Positions 56,499 through 64,000 of a DNA stretch of 64,000 nt are shown piece by piece. The stretch's first letter is position 1; every line of letters starts with the position of its first letter. Below the pieces are notes generated by a model. The model was not told where the DNA came from. It did no database searches and saw only the letters and a program-made list of their open reading frames with translations. The position numbers and the translations under genes were made by a program. The DNA comes from Lachnospiraceae bacterium (GTDB taxonomy: Bacteria > Bacillota > Clostridia > Lachnospirales > Lachnospiraceae), in NCBI GenBank assembly GCA_017441295.1, contig JAFRYA010000012.1, positions 13,714 to 77,713 on the forward strand, in the 5' to 3' direction.

Positions 56499-57912
56499 AT
56501 TTCACTGTTTCTACTTTGATAATGTTTGTATTGCCCGGCTTTCCGTTCATGTCACCGCCCGTGAGCACTATCTTATCTCCCGGCTGCAGGCTGAGTTCCC
56601 TGATGGCATCGTTGACGCCGTCATCAAACATTTCCTTAAGGTTCTCAAAATGCTCGTTAAGCACCGGCTTAACGCCCCAGCTCATGTTCAGCTGGCGCCA
56701 TGTATCCACATCGGTCGTATTTCCGATAATGACTGCCGGACAGCGGAATCTGCTGACCATTCTGGCGGTCTGGCCTGTAAGTGAATGTACGACAATGCAC
56801 TTCGCGCCGACGTCAATAGCCATTGAACATGCCGAATGTGAAATGGCGTCCAGATCGTTGTGTATCTCATATTCAGTGGTTGCGAACCATCTGGTGTAAT
56901 CGATCTGCTGCTCAGTGTATTCACAGATCTGAGCCATAGTGCGTACAGCCTCGACCGGATGATCGCCTGATGCGCTCTCTCCGGAAAGCATTACGCAGGA
57001 AGCGCCTTCATAAACAGCGTTTGCAACGTCTGAAATCTCTGCTCTGGTAGGACGCGGATTCCTGATCATGGACTCCAGCATCTCTGTAGCTGTAACGACG
57101 CGTCTGCCCATGAGCCTGCAGTGGTTTGTGAGCTTCTTCTGGACAGCAGGCACCTCAATGAAAGGGATCTCCACGCCCAGGTCGCCTCTGGCTACCATGA
57201 TGCCGTCCACATATTTGCAGATATCGTCTATATTCTCAACGCCGCTCCTGTTCTCTATCTTGGCAATGATGCAGATCCTCTCACCGCCGTTCTCGTCCAG
57301 CAGTTTCCTGATGGATGCTGCGTCGTCACCGGTGGAAACGAATGAAGCAGCCACAAAGTCAATGCCGTTCTTAACACCGAACAGGATATCGTCAATGTCC
57401 GTCTGGCTCAGGAATTCGTGATGCATCAGCTTGCCCGGGAAGTTCATACTCTTCCTGTCTGAGAGCTTACCGCCTTCAATAACCTTGCAGATGACATCCG
57501 CGCCGTCCAGGTCGATGACAACGAACTTCATCATGCCATCGCACAGAAGGATCTCATCGCCCTCCTTAAGGTTCTCAGCCAGGTGCTTGAATGTCACGCT
57601 GACCCTCTCCTGATTGCCCACTACATCGTCAGCAGTGAGTGTGAAAATATCGCCTTCCTTCAGCTCGATGCTGTGATTCTCAAATGTGCCTACGCGGTAC
57701 TCAGGGCCCTTTGTATCCAGCATGATCGGGATTGGCATATTCAGCTTTTCACGGACAGCCTTGATGAGGTTTATCGTCTCCAGATGTGACTCATGGGTTC
57801 CGTGTGAAAAGTTCAGTCTGGCAACATCCATTCCTGCCTGCATCATCTCTGTGAGAGTCTCTTCATTGGAACTGGCAGGTCCTATGGTGCATATGATCTT
57901 CGTTTTACGCAT
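56497..57912 (-). CDS. pyk: Pyruvate kinase
   Basis: MRKTKIICTIGPAS...MDVARLNFSHG...MVARGDLGVEIP. Confidence 0.96.
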   Translation of the reverse strand: MRKTKIICTIGPASSNEETLTEMMQAGMDVARLNFSHGTHESHLETINLIKAVREKLNMPIPIMLDTKGPEYRVGTFENHSIELKEGDIFTLTADDVVGNQERVSVTFKHLAENLKEGDEILLCDGMMKFVVIDLDGADVICKVIEGGKLSDRKSMNFPGKLMHHEFLSQTDIDDILFGVKNGIDFVAASFVSTGDDAASIRKLLDENGGERICIIAKIENRSGVENIDDICKYVDGIMVARGDLGVEIPFIEVPAVQKKLTNHCRLMGRRVVTATEMLESMIRNPRPTRAEISDVANAVYEGASCVMLSGESASGDHPVEAVRTMAQICEYTEQQIDYTRWFATTEYEIHNDLDAISHSACSMAIDVGAKCIVVHSLTGQTARMVSRFRCPAVIIGNTTDVDTWRQLNMSWGVKPVLNEHFENLKEMFDDGVNDAIRELSLQPGDKIVLTGGDMNGKPGNTNIIKVETVK

Positions 57913-58020
57913 GATATCTCCTTAATAAAAAAACATTTGCTTGATTATATATCTTTTTTTGTATTTTCGTCCATACATTTTCATTCTTCTTTCACATTTA
58001 TATGTAGTATAATAATTTGT

Positions 58021-61000
58021 ATGTTACAGATAGTTGATATCAGAAAAGAATACCGCACCGGAGAGCTGGTCCAGAAGGCGCTGGACGGGGTCAGCCTGGC
58101 ACTCAGGGACTGCGAATTTGTTTCCATACTCGGTCCTTCAGGCTCAGGCAAGACTACTCTCTTAAACATCATCGGCGGCCTCGACCGGTATGATTCCGGC
58201 GATCTGATCATTAACGGCACATCTACCAAGGAATACAAAGAGCGCGATTGGGACACCTACCGCAACCACTCCATAGGATTCATTTTCCAGAGCTATAACT
58301 TAATCCCCCATCAGACTGTACTGGCGAATGTTGAACTGGCGCTCACTATTGCCGGTCTTTCTCCTGCTGAGAGGAAAGCTCGCGCAGCCAAAGCACTGGA
58401 AGATGTTGGTCTGGGAGATCAGCTCCACAAGAAGCCAAATCAGATGTCCGGCGGACAGATGCAGCGCGTTGCCATTGCTCGTGCTCTGGTTAACGACCCT
58501 GAAATCCTGCTGGCTGACGAGCCTACCGGCGCTCTGGATACTGAGACCAGCATTCAGGTAATGGAGCTTTTAAAGACGGTGGCCTCTGACCGCCTGGTTG
58601 TCATGGTTACACATAATCCGGAGCTGGCCAATGAATATTCATCCAGGATAGTCAGGCTCAGGGACGGTCGCGTTATTGATGATACCAATCCATTCGTTCC
58701 GGATGAAGAGACAGCCGGCGCTGCAGTACACAACGCTCCTGCCAGACGCGCCCGCATGTCTTTCGGCACTTCTCTGGCACTCAGTTTCAACAACCTGCTC
58801 ACCAAGAAGGGACGTACGATCCTGACCGGTCTGGCCGGCTCTATCGGCATTATCGGCATCGCTCTGATATTGTCATTATCCACAGGCGCGAACAGATATA
58901 TTGAACAGATTCAGAAGGATACGATGACATCATATCCTATCACCATCAATGCCAAAAGTTTCGACATGGCCAGCATGATGATGGGCAATGCGGAGACATT
59001 CCAGAACTTTGCCAACGAGCCCGGCACTCGGGATGAGGATACTCTTTCCGTTGATTTTGCGGACCTGCATATCAGCAATAATATTTCTTCCAGTATCAAA
59101 GAAAACAATCTGTCCGATTTCAAGAAATACCTGGACGATCCTAACAGTGAGATCCAGCAGTATATCGGTGAAAACGGTGTAATGTATTCATATAACGTTA
59201 ACTTCAAAGTTTATTCATATGACAAGAACGGCGTTCTGATCGACACAGACACCGATGTCACCAGAGAGCTTGAAAGCACAAACTCGACATATAATGAAAT
59301 GCTGGACGTCGCGTCAATAATGCGCAGCAATATGCAGACATTTATGGGCGGAGGTTCATCCGGTGCATCCAACTTCTCCGAAATGATCGCAGGCCCAAAT
59401 GGCGAGATTGTCAGCGATATAATCAAAGACCAATATACTCTTTTATACGGCACCTGGCCTAATGACTACGATGAAGTGGTAATGGTCATCAGCCGCCGCA
59501 GCATTATGTCCTCAAACACTGCTTACCAGCTGGGTTTGATCCCCCGCAAGGAATTCAGGGCCGCCATCGATGCAATTGATGCCGGCGGAGAGCCTGAGCC
59601 TTTTGCCCTGGATTACGCTGCAATCTGCAGGCACACTTATTACGTTGTGCCGGCGTATGCTAACTATGTTGAGAACCAGAATGGTACTTTCACATATGTG
59701 GCGGACGATCCGGATGAGCTTAAGAATGTTGTGGACAACTCCCTCAAGCTTAAAGTAGTGGGTGTGATCAGGGCTAATGACGGTGTTGACAATCCTCCTT
59801 TAACCACTAATGTTGCGTACACTACCCTGCTCACTGATTACATCGTTGACCAATGTAATTCCAGCAAGATTGTTACTGCTCAGGAAGCGGACCCGACCAC
59901 TAATGTACTCACAGGACTCAAATTCCAGGACAGCAATGAAGTGCCTGACGACGTCAAAAAGTCAGACATTCTGGAATATATAAACAATCTCGATGAAGAA
60001 GACAAATCTGACATGTTCACATCCATCATGATGTACGATTATGAGGGCGGCACTGCTGCTCTGATGGCTGTGCAGATGGATGCTTTGGACGAGCAGATGA
60101 CCGCAGCTGGCAATGAGATGTCAGGACGCATCAGCTGGGCTATCCGCAATGCCATGAACCAGGCTGTGGATTCCACAATGACACAGCTGAGAGACCGCAT
60201 CAGGGACGCCATAAAGGAATTTGTTTCGAATGGCAGCATTTCCCTGCCGGAAGGCTTTGAAATACCGGTGATCAATCCGGAAGATCTGCCATCTGCTGAG
60301 GACCTGCCATCTGCAGATGAGCTGCCATCTGCAGATGAGCTGCCAAGTGTAGATGAAATAGACTGGGATGCAATTATTGACCAGTTTGATACAGACGCAC
60401 TCGCCCGTCTGCTGGAAGGCATTAATATTGTGCCTGACTTCAATCTGAATCTGGACCTGAGCGGCATTTTCAGTGCCGACAGTTTTGATATGGACTTCGC
60501 CATGGATGACCAGGCAATGTGTGATATCGTAGATTATTGGTGCGAAAATGAGCCTAAGGACGATGCCCTCTACAAGCTCTACGACCAGTATATCGGCAGC
60601 GCAGACTACGACACAAACATGTCGGATTTCGGCAAGGTTAACTTCGACGCGCCTTCATCCATCAGCATATATACTGATTCCTTCGAAGGTAAGGACGGCA
60701 TCGCAGCCAGCATCCAGCATTATAATGAAGGACAGGAAGAGGAAAACCAGATTACTTATACTGATTACGTTTCACTCCTTACTTCTTCCATAACAACAAT
60801 CATTAACGCCATCACCTACGTGCTGATAGCGTTTGTAGCCATTTCCCTGCTCGTATCGAGCATTATGATCGGTATCATAACAAATATATCAGTACTGGAA
60901 AGAACTAAGGAAATCGGCATTTTAAGGGCTCTGGGAGCATCCAGGAGAAACATATCTCAGGTATTCAACGCTGAGACCTTCATCATCGGCGCACTGTCCG

Positions 61001-61215
61001 GTGTTCTGGGCATTGCCATATCCTATCTGCTGCTGATACCGATCAACGCGATCATCCACTCTCTTGCGGGCTCAACTGACCTGAACGCTGTCATCCCGTG
61101 GCAGAGCGGAATCATTCTGATCATTATAAGTATAGTGATCACCATCATAGGCGGTCTGTCACCTGCGGGCAAAGCAGCCCGTCAGGATCCGGTAGCCGCG
61201 CTTCGTACGGAGTAA
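58021..61215 (+). CDS. Fused ABC transporter ATPase plus FtsX/MacB-type permease, with a very large extracytoplasmic domain
   Basis: [37 protein letters not shown]1 is [16 protein letters not shown]. About 630 aa of soluble sequence follow, then an FtsX-type 3-TM end ([19 protein letters not shown]). Start set at ATG 58021 ([11 protein letters not shown]). Confidence 0.85.
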   Translation: MLQIVDIRKEYRTGELVQKALDGVSLALRDCEFVSILGPSGSGKTTLLNIIGGLDRYDSGDLIINGTSTKEYKERDWDTYRNHSIGFIFQSYNLIPHQTVLANVELALTIAGLSPAERKARAAKALEDVGLGDQLHKKPNQMSGGQMQRVAIARALVNDPEILLADEPTGALDTETSIQVMELLKTVASDRLVVMVTHNPELANEYSSRIVRLRDGRVIDDTNPFVPDEETAGAAVHNAPARRARMSFGTSLALSFNNLLTKKGRTILTGLAGSIGIIGIALILSLSTGANRYIEQIQKDTMTSYPITINAKSFDMASMMMGNAETFQNFANEPGTRDEDTLSVDFADLHISNNISSSIKENNLSDFKKYLDDPNSEIQQYIGENGVMYSYNVNFKVYSYDKNGVLIDTDTDVTRELESTNSTYNEMLDVASIMRSNMQTFMGGGSSGASNFSEMIAGPNGEIVSDIIKDQYTLLYGTWPNDYDEVVMVISRRSIMSSNTAYQLGLIPRKEFRAAIDAIDAGGEPEPFALDYAAICRHTYYVVPAYANYVENQNGTFTYVADDPDELKNVVDNSLKLKVVGVIRANDGVDNPPLTTNVAYTTLLTDYIVDQCNSSKIVTAQEADPTTNVLTGLKFQDSNEVPDDVKKSDILEYINNLDEEDKSDMFTSIMMYDYEGGTAALMAVQMDALDEQMTAAGNEMSGRISWAIRNAMNQAVDSTMTQLRDRIRDAIKEFVSNGSISLPEGFEIPVINPEDLPSAEDLPSADELPSADELPSVDEIDWDAIIDQFDTDALARLLEGINIVPDFNLNLDLSGIFSADSFDMDFAMDDQAMCDIVDYWCENEPKDDALYKLYDQYIGSADYDTNMSDFGKVNFDAPSSISIYTDSFEGKDGIAASIQHYNEGQEEENQITYTDYVSLLTSSITTIINAITYVLIAFVAISLLVSSIMIGIITNISVLERTKEIGILRALGASRRNISQVFNAETFIIGALSGVLGIAISYLLLIPINAIIHSLAGSTDLNAVIPWQSGIILIIISIVITIIGGLSPAGKAARQDPVAALRTE
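60280..60351 (+). repeat. 4 x 18-bp in-frame tandem repeat encoding (E/D)(D/E)LPS(A/V)
   Basis: gaagatctgccatctgct / gaggacctgccatctgca / gatgagctgccatctgca / gatgagctgccaagtgta. Confidence 0.9.
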
Positions 61216-61218
61216 TTC

Positions 61219-61779
61219 ATGGAAATAAGAATAGCCGCGCCATCTGACGCGCCTGCGATACTGGCTATTTACAAGCCGTTTATAGAGAACACAGCCATTA
61301 CTTTTGAATTAGATGTGCCCACGTCTGACGAATTCCGTGCGCGCATTGAAAACACGCTGAAGACCTATCCGTATATCGTGGCCGTTGATAACGGAGCGAT
61401 ATGCGGCTATGCGTACGCTTCCGCTTTCCGCTCAAGGAAGGCATATATCCATACTGCTGAGACATCAATCTACGTACGCCCTGATTATCAAGGCCGCGGC
61501 ATCGGCCTCGCTCTGTATGCTGAGCTCGAGAAATATCTGCGCATGCAGAGTGTGAATATGGCCTACGCCTGCATCACATCTTCAGAAATCCCGGATGAGC
61601 AGCTGCCTGAAGGCAGTGTAGCCTTCCACGAAAAGGCCGGCTACAGATACGTGGGCGGTTTTACTAAATGCGGTTATAAATTTGATAAGTGGTACGGTAT
61701 CGTCTGGATGGAAAAAGAATTACTCCCCCGCGACGGTGCGCCAGGGGAGTTTGTGCCTTTCAAAGAACTTAATATCTGA
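61219..61779 (+). CDS. GNAT-family N-acetyltransferase (phosphinothricin/methionine-sulfoximine acetyltransferase-like)
   Basis: IRIAAPSDAPAILAIYKPFIENTAITFE...YQGRGIGLALY. Starts 3 nt after the ABC gene stop. Confidence 0.8.
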   Translation: MEIRIAAPSDAPAILAIYKPFIENTAITFELDVPTSDEFRARIENTLKTYPYIVAVDNGAICGYAYASAFRSRKAYIHTAETSIYVRPDYQGRGIGLALYAELEKYLRMQSVNMAYACITSSEIPDEQLPEGSVAFHEKAGYRYVGGFTKCGYKFDKWYGIVWMEKELLPRDGAPGEFVPFKELNI

Positions 61780-61783
61780 GAAA

Positions 61784-62005
61784 TCATTTCTGAGGTTTCT
61801 TGTTTTCTAAATAATCATTATCGTTTGTTAGATTCTGTTCTAACCAGATATGCTCCTTTGTGCAGTTTGGAGCTTCATTTTCCTGCCAGATCGGGTTTAG
61901 CCCTTTATGCTGTATGTTATACATATAATCAGAATAGTTTGGATTATTTGGTCCCATTTCTATCACCATCCTTTTTTTAAGTATACTATCTACCCTGCCG
62001 GTCAA
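61784..62005 (-). CDS. Hypothetical small protein (73 aa or shorter), A+T-rich
   Basis: ORF with an ATGA overlap to the upstream gene. I recognise no motif. Confidence 0.4.
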   Translation of the reverse strand: MTGRVDSILKKRMVIEMGPNNPNYSDYMYNIQHKGLNPIWQENEAPNCTKEHIWLEQNLTNDNDYLENKKPQK

Positions 62006-62838
62006 TTCTCATTTTCAAGATAATCAACCAGATAAACATGGTTTTCATTCTTAAATTGTTCCAATTCAGCCTTTAGTTTATCAAGCGCTATTTTTTCATC
62101 GTGATATTTCACAATTTTTTTATTATTTCTGCTTTTCCATATTTGTAATGCCACGAACAATTCCCAGAATACCAAGGTAGCTATACCAAACACTATTTTT
62201 AAAGATGCTTCAACTCGAGAAATAAGAACCAGTATAAAAATAGCCGACAAGACCATAGCAGTTGCTAATGCTCCGATGCTAAATCCATATATAACAGCAA
62301 CTCCTGATTTTCCTCTCAGTGCTTTTAATTCTGTCTGTTTCTTGGATACTTTGTCCTGTAGTTCCTTCAGTTCCCTCTCGGCAGCAATTTTTTTAGTTTC
62401 ATATGCATTTTGAACTTCGTCCTCAATTGCCAGCCATTTGCTGCGTTCTTCTTCCGGAGCGCACTGCATTGCTTTGTTAAAACTGTTATCCCAAGTCAAG
62501 GGAATTGTGCTGGATCTGATACTGTCAATAGTGTTATACCTGCGGCTGCACATAAGTTTACCCATATAAGCTTTCCAGTTCCTGGGGTCTGCATCAAGAG
62601 CTCTTTCTAACAAACTGTCAGCTTCCGCAAACTGGCCGTACTCCATTTCTATATAGGCTCGCTCAATAAGGGAGTCTGGTGTAGCAATACCCTTTACATC
62701 CACGCTTCCTGATATTTCAATATACTTTTTATCCTTGATAACCCTTGTCCCGCAATAATTGCAGTACCATTCATTACAGGATGTATCAACATCCAGCTTG
62801 CCACCACAATTTGGGCAGGTTAATGAAATAATGCCCAT
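62002..62838 (-). CDS. Zinc-ribbon / TPR-like / coiled-coil membrane protein, hypothetical
   Basis: CPNCGG...CNYCG zinc ribbon; TPR-like segment AYIEMEYGQFAEADSLLERALDADPRNWKAYMGK; coiled coil; two TM segments. Start set at the ATG (62838) that follows GGGGAG. Confidence 0.6.
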   Translation of the reverse strand: MGIISLTCPNCGGKLDVDTSCNEWYCNYCGTRVIKDKKYIEISGSVDVKGIATPDSLIERAYIEMEYGQFAEADSLLERALDADPRNWKAYMGKLMCSRRYNTIDSIRSSTIPLTWDNSFNKAMQCAPEEERSKWLAIEDEVQNAYETKKIAAERELKELQDKVSKKQTELKALRGKSGVAVIYGFSIGALATAMVLSAIFILVLISRVEASLKIVFGIATLVFWELFVALQIWKSRNNKKIVKYHDEKIALDKLKAELEQFKNENHVYLVDYLENEN

Positions 62839-62918
62839 TATCCGCTTACTCCCCATGAGATGAGCACAGTTTTGGTCTCGTCTCTATATTTGTACGTTGC
62901 TCTGTTTCTTTTAATAAT

Positions 62919-62927
62919 ATTATAACA
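62919..62927 (-). promoter_or_regulatory. Candidate extended -10 element (TGTTATAAT) for the zinc-ribbon operon
   Basis: The minus strand reads TGTTATAAT about 80 nt upstream of ATG 62838. No good -35 element. Confidence 0.3.
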
Positions 62928-62949
62928 CAGATCAGATTAAACAGCACTC

Positions 62950-63024
62950 TCAGCATGCCGCAGGCGAGAACACCAACAGCATTATCGCCAGCCATCCGGC
63001 GGTTACCAATAAATATTTCAGCAT
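62950..63024 (-). CDS. 24-aa hydrophobic mini-ORF (MLKYLLVTAGWLAIMLLVFSPAAC); either a small peptide or a remnant signal peptide
   Basis: Strong RBS AAAGGGGTGA about 5 nt before the ATG. Signal-peptide-like sequence ending at a Cys, then a stop. Confidence 0.2.
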   Translation of the reverse strand: MLKYLLVTAGWLAIMLLVFSPAAC

Positions 63025-63144
63025 ACTATCACCCCTTTCTGCCTGTTACACCTGAATGATAACAATTACACTGTCCAAAAAACTTCCCAAGATTATTTTT
63101 TTATGTATAATGGATATAAGAACATTTTCAATGGAGAAGGAAAT

Positions 63145-64000
63145 ATGGCTAAGGGTACGAATCAAAAGCTCAAGCAGCTTTATTTAGTTAAGATTTTTAC
63201 AGAAGAGACGGACGATCAGCACGGCCTGACGCTGCCGGAGATTATCTCCAGGCTTAATGCATACGGCGTCAACGCTGACCGCAAGACACTTTACCAGGAT
63301 TTCGAGGAACTCAGGGTGTTCGGCTTTGATATCATCGGCGAGCAAAACGGCCGCAGCTACTACTATTATCTGGGACAGCGCGAGTTCGAGCTGCCGGAGC
63401 TGAAACTCCTGGTGGATTCGGTCCAATCCGCCAAATTTATCACGGATAAGAAGTCTAAAGAACTTATCAAGAAGCTCGAAAATATGGTCAGCAAATATCA
63501 GGCTAAACAGCTGCAGCGCCAGGTATTCATCACAGGCCGTGTTAAGACCATGAATGAAAGCATTTACTATAACATTGATAAACTCCATGATGCCATAAAC
63601 ACAGGGCGCAAGATACGTTTCAAGTACTTCCAGTGGAATACAAAGAAAGAGATGGAGTTAAGACGGGATGGTGAATGGTACGAGACCAGCCCATGGGGCC
63701 TGATGTGGGACGACGAGAATTATTATCTGGTCGCATACGACTCCGCTGACGATATCATCAAGCATTACCGCGTCGACAAAATGCTGAAAATAGTGGTGAG
63801 TGATGAACCACGTGAGGGTCAGAAGCAGTTTAAAGCATTTAATATGCCCCACTACACCCGCAGCCTGTTCGGTATGTTCGGCGGTGAAGAATACCATGTT
63901 ACCATCGAAGCCGACAACTCCATGGCAGGCATAATGATCGACCGTTTCGGCAAGGACATTTTCATTGTCCCTGTCGGCACTGACCGCTTCAAAACTACTG
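63145..64000 (+). CDS. WYL-domain transcriptional regulator (wHTH + WYL), partial; continues beyond the window
   Basis: Hand translation: MAKGTNQKLKQLYLVKIFTEETDDQHGLTLPEIISRLNAYGVNADRKTLYQDFEELRVFGFDI...IRFKYFQWNTKKEMELRRDGEWYETSPWGLMWDDENYYLVAYD...HYRVDKM. GGAGAAGG RBS. Absent from the ORF track because there is no stop in the window. Confidence 0.8.
   Translation, partial: MAKGTNQKLKQLYLVKIFTEETDDQHGLTLPEIISRLNAYGVNADRKTLYQDFEELRVFGFDIIGEQNGRSYYYYLGQREFELPELKLLVDSVQSAKFITDKKSKELIKKLENMVSKYQAKQLQRQVFITGRVKTMNESIYYNIDKLHDAINTGRKIRFKYFQWNTKKEMELRRDGEWYETSPWGLMWDDENYYLVAYDSADDIIKHYRVDKMLKIVVSDEPREGQKQFKAFNMPHYTRSLFGMFGGEEYHVTIEADNSMAGIMIDRFGKDIFIVPVGTDRFKTT

Noticed and set aside
57937-58020. 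Upstream TTG start giving a hydrophobic 28-aa extension on the ABC transporter
   Set aside because: It has no RBS and odd composition. The canonical ABC ATPase N-terminus ([11 protein letters not shown]) begins at ATG 58021.
63184-63588. 134-aa minus-strand ORF
   Set aside because: It is antisense to the WYL regulator gene, which has clear domain signatures and an RBS.
1-64000. Search for tRNA, rRNA, transposase, integrase or prophage genes, and for toxin-antitoxin pairs
   Set aside because: None was recognised in any ORF or intergenic region. All gaps longer than 100 bp were read by eye, and only the promoters, terminators, leader and hairpin elements listed above were found.

Overview
This window looks like chromosomal DNA from an anaerobic Firmicute, probably Clostridia or Lachnospiraceae-like; that assignment is inferred from gene content and order, not from any search. 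About 60% is conserved housekeeping. That includes clpX-clpP-tig, truA with an ECF-transporter energizing module, and the complete S10-spc-alpha ribosomal protein cluster (rpsJ to rplQ, 37789 to 22251 on the minus strand). It also includes a long minus-strand RNA-modification and processing operon (rsmE, cysteine desulfurase, thiI, mtaB, ireB-like, ruvX, rnj, trmR-like, U32 peptidase), plus purC-purB and pyk. I found no rRNA, tRNA, CRISPR array, transposase or prophage gene. Six regions are less ordinary. (1) At 8.2-19.8 kb, a LysR-associated cluster combines an opine-dehydrogenase-family gene, two maleate-isomerase-like genes, two MmgE/PrpD genes, a Nox/CoADR-type flavoprotein and a cytoplasmic molybdopterin oxidoreductase with a 4Fe-4S subunit. 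(2) At 51.9-56.5 kb, a second locus carries two more MmgE/PrpD paralogs and an FAD oxidoreductase. (3) Two long palindromic hairpins have unrelated stems but an almost identical 19-nt apical loop, and each sits between back-to-back terminators (22.1 kb and 51.8 kb). (4) At the left edge, a short COG0523-type GTPase is translationally coupled to a separate poly-His protein. (5) A fused MacB-type ABC transporter has a very large extracellular domain. (6) At the right edge, an A+T-rich islet lies next to a WYL-domain regulator. All functional calls come from motif recognition by eye; no searches were run.
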